Below, piece by piece: positions 61,458-64,000 of a stretch of DNA of 64,000 nt. The stretch is from an uncultured Desulfobacter sp. (GTDB taxonomy: Bacteria; Desulfobacterota; Desulfobacteria; Desulfobacterales; Desulfobacteraceae), in contig OY762069.1 in assembly GCA_963665095.1 (NCBI GenBank), forward strand, positions 2,304,001-2,368,000. The letters are read 5' to 3'. The number at the start of each line of letters is the position of its first letter. Within the stretch, counting starts at the first letter, position 1. The notes below the pieces were generated by a model. That model was not told the origin of the DNA, searched no databases, and was given only the letters and a program-made list of their open reading frames with translations. The position numbers and the translations under genes are program-made.

Positions 61458-62574
61458 TGAGGATATCTTCGACAGATCGCCCGGTAAGTGTTTCGATCCG
61501 GGCATGTATGTACCGTGCAGCTTCAAGGCGCTGAACAATCCTTTCTTTTGCATGGGGATAAAGATCTGCTTTTTTGCAGAACCGTGATTCATAATCCAGG
61601 TGCAGGCAATCCCCGGTGCATACCTTATCCGCAAAATAGACGATCTCTTTTTCACCCGGGTCCGGGGCGGGATTCAAAAGCGTCATATGACTGCCTGCAA
61701 TATCTGCGATCTTTGGGAATCCCAAGGCCTTAAGATATGCTCCGCCTGCCTGGTCATGACGGGGCTCTTTTTTCTTTATATCGTGAAGAAGTGCCCCTGC
61801 CCGAATTACATCCAGATCCAGCTCTGGCAGGGCCGGCAGCAGAGCCAGGGCCAGGGCCTGGGCAGTTTTTTCAACAATAAGCAGATGGGCTCTGATTTCT
61901 TCTTCCCGGCCCAGCTCAGCATCTATGATGGAGAGGCACTCCTCACGGTGGGGCACCTGCCTGAGCCTGAACTGCTGTTGAACCTCGGCATATCCTGCCG
62001 GTCTATCCGCGTCCATGAGGATACCTTTGTCATGAACCGCCACAGACCGGGTCTGACCTGAAAAAAGGATATTCCGCAATGTGATATCCGGGCCGGCATC
62101 TCTGATAGCCGGGATAATACCTGCCGGAATCACAGGGGGGTGGCCTGTCCGGCCTGAAAATTCCGGAATAACCGGTAGTTCAGGGGCTTTCCAAAACGCA
62201 TCCCGGACTTGTTCTATAGTTGAGGGACGCACTGCCGGGATATCCACGGGCAGCAGAAAAAACCCTGGACTTTCAGGGTTCAGGGCCATGGCTCCGGCTC
62301 TTATGGAGGTAAACATACCCTGATTATAATCAGGATTGAACACGGCCCTGGCGCCTGCGTCCAGGACAACCGGTTCCAGAAGCTCCCGGTTGTGGCCGAT
62401 GACGACCACAACATCCCGGATACCTGCCCCATGAAAAAGATCAATCACCACCCGGATCATGGGTTGGCCGTCCATGTCCAGCAGCGGCTTGAAGTCAGGT
62501 GCCATGCGCGATGACAATCCTGCCGCCGGGATCAGGGCTGACAGGCCGGTGCGCGAATGGGTTTCCGCCACCAT
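61453..62574 (-). CDS. MocA-like NTP transferase fused to an HD domain (DVU_1551-like)
   Basis: PAAGLSSRM..FKPLL, GMFTSI, PVDIP, GHPP, then LLHDI and ADK; TGATG coupling with the XdhC gene. Confidence 0.85.
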   Translation of the reverse strand: MVAETHSRTGLSALIPAAGLSSRMAPDFKPLLDMDGQPMIRVVIDLFHGAGIRDVVVVIGHNRELLEPVVLDAGARAVFNPDYNQGMFTSIRAGAMALNPESPGFFLLPVDIPAVRPSTIEQVRDAFWKAPELPVIPEFSGRTGHPPVIPAGIIPAIRDAGPDITLRNILFSGQTRSVAVHDKGILMDADRPAGYAEVQQQFRLRQVPHREECLSIIDAELGREEEIRAHLLIVEKTAQALALALLPALPELDLDVIRAGALLHDIKKKEPRHDQAGGAYLKALGFPKIADIAGSHMTLLNPAPDPGEKEIVYFADKVCTGDCLHLDYESRFCKKADLYPHAKERIVQRLEAARYIHARIETLTGRSVEDILK

Positions 62575-63719
62575 CACTGGCCTTCCTTTGAAGATCGGCA
62601 TCGGCCCGGATCTGTGGCGCGCCTTTCCCTCTTTTTTGCCCGCTCCAGGATCAGTTCGGCCATGATGCTCACGGCGATCTCTGCCGGGGTTTGTGCATCT
62701 ATGTCAGTACCAATGGGCGAATGCACCGCATCCAGCCGCTCTCTGGCAATACCATTGTCCATGAGATTGCTGTAAATCCGGTCCCGTTTTTTCCGGCTGC
62801 CGATCATCCCGATATAGGCGGCAGGGGTCTCAAGGGCCTGCTCCAGGACGGTCTGGTCATGGAGGTGCCCCCGGGTAAGGATCACAATATACCCGTTTTC
62901 ATCCACATCAAGGCCGGCAAAGGCAGACTCAAAGTTCTCAATCACCAGCACCTGTCGGGCATGGGGAAAACGAAGGGGGTCGGCAAACTGGGCCCGGTCA
63001 TCAATCACCACCAGGGAAAAATCTGTCATATGGGCCATCTGCCCCAGCTGATACCCGACATGGCCGGCCCCGAAAATATAAAGGGTCTGTCTCGGGGCAA
63101 AGGGTTCAATAATAAACTGCTCCAGCCCGTACACCATCTGGTAGAGCCCGGGGCCTGTAAATTTATTGTCGTCAATATCGCAGAGCAGATCTTTGGGCAG
63201 AAGAGAGGGACCTGATGCGGCTTCTCCGGGCGTCACAACCATTGGCACCTGGGTTGTTTCCCCGCAGATCCGGGTAACGGCAAAGGCTTTCACACCCTGG
63301 GCGCCAAAGTCGGCCATGAGCCTAAAAGCCGTGAACAGATCCGCTGAAAAAGGGGGGACAAAGCTGCGCAGCCATACAGTGAGACTGCCGCCGCAGATCA
63401 TGTCCATGCCGGCTTTGGCCTCCTGATCCAGGGAAAAATCCATAATCCTGGTGCGGCTTGTATCCAGCATCTCCATACAGGCATCCATGACATTGGCCTC
63501 TACCAGCCCGCCGCCAATGGTGCCTGCAATGGTTTTATCCTCTCTGACCAGCATCCGGCTGCCCGAAGTCCTGGGCGTGGAGCCTTTATGGCTGATAATG
63601 GTTGCCAGGACAAAGGGCCTGGCTGCATCCAACTCAAGTTGTATTTCCCTGGATAAATTCATCATAAGCTGCTGCAATCCCCCGGTTTGGGTTGACAATT
63701 CAGGCGCTTTCCGCCGCAT
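62574..63719 (-). CDS. XdhC/CoxI family molybdoenzyme maturation factor
   Basis: GSTPR, GTIGGG, MICGG, FGAGHV, TRGHLHD, YIGMIGS, PAEIAVSI; true start may be 63665. Confidence 0.92.
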   Translation of the reverse strand: MRRKAPELSTQTGGLQQLMMNLSREIQLELDAARPFVLATIISHKGSTPRTSGSRMLVREDKTIAGTIGGGLVEANVMDACMEMLDTSRTRIMDFSLDQEAKAGMDMICGGSLTVWLRSFVPPFSADLFTAFRLMADFGAQGVKAFAVTRICGETTQVPMVVTPGEAASGPSLLPKDLLCDIDDNKFTGPGLYQMVYGLEQFIIEPFAPRQTLYIFGAGHVGYQLGQMAHMTDFSLVVIDDRAQFADPLRFPHARQVLVIENFESAFAGLDVDENGYIVILTRGHLHDQTVLEQALETPAAYIGMIGSRKKRDRIYSNLMDNGIARERLDAVHSPIGTDIDAQTPAEIAVSIMAELILERAKKRERRATDPGRCRSSKEGQ

Positions 63720-63805
63720 CGCAAATCGGCTTCTTTTCTGTCATTACCCCGGCGGCCCCAGGGAAGTCAACAATATGGGCAAAATGGAAACAATGAAATT
63801 TTCAG

Positions 63806-63827
63806 GCCTCCGGAAAATACCGGAGGC
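63806..63827 (-). terminator. Hairpin, possible terminator
   Basis: GCCTCCGG-AAAATA-CCGGAGGC downstream of the edge gene; weak U-tract. Confidence 0.45.
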
Positions 63828-63872
63828 TCTTATCTGACAGGAACCCGTTACTTTAAGGATTCCTTAGAAGAA

Positions 63873-64000
63873 TTACAGCAGCTTATCAGCCCCTTTGAAA
63901 ACTGCTTCAACCTTTAAGGCAGCAGCCCCGTGGCCGGGATGTTTTTCAGGATTCCACTTTTTCATGTCATCAAATACCGGTCCTTCGGTGTAATACTCAA
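63873..64000 (-). CDS. 3' end of probable pyridoxamine 5'-phosphate oxidase family FMN-binding protein
   Basis: Manual translation EYYTEGPVFDDMKKWNPEKHPGHGAAALKVEAVFKGADKLL*. Confidence 0.6.
   Translation of the reverse strand, partial: EYYTEGPVFDDMKKWNPEKHPGHGAAALKVEAVFKGADKLL

Overview
A mostly housekeeping chromosomal window. Gene content (XdhC and DVU_1551-type Mo-enzyme maturation genes, FapA, multi-PAS kinases, PurD-PurE fusion) suggests a sulfate-reducing Desulfobacteraceae-like bacterium; this is an inference. Core genes include recA, alaS, a stand-alone EF-G, ddl, purD-purE, glyQS, cmoB and copZA. Notable items: (1) the unannotated N-terminus of a probable Cas6 gene at the left edge, just downstream of an MrfA-MrfB-like helicase-exonuclease fusion; (2) a TonB receptor/ABC importer operon containing a stand-alone TiaS-kinase-like (IDDTD) enzyme, the best candidate here for an undescribed system; (3) a sigma54-preceded FapA gene with MshEN-like repeats, followed by an orphan gene and an apparently exported deaminase; (4) two ERIC-like palindromic elements; (5) a double palindromic operator at a DUF134 gene; (6) a one-base frame discontinuity between an NTP-transferase-HD gene and a histidine phosphatase; (7) a mosaic IS scar. 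No rRNA, tRNA or CRISPR array was seen. All family calls come from motif recognition by eye, not database searches.
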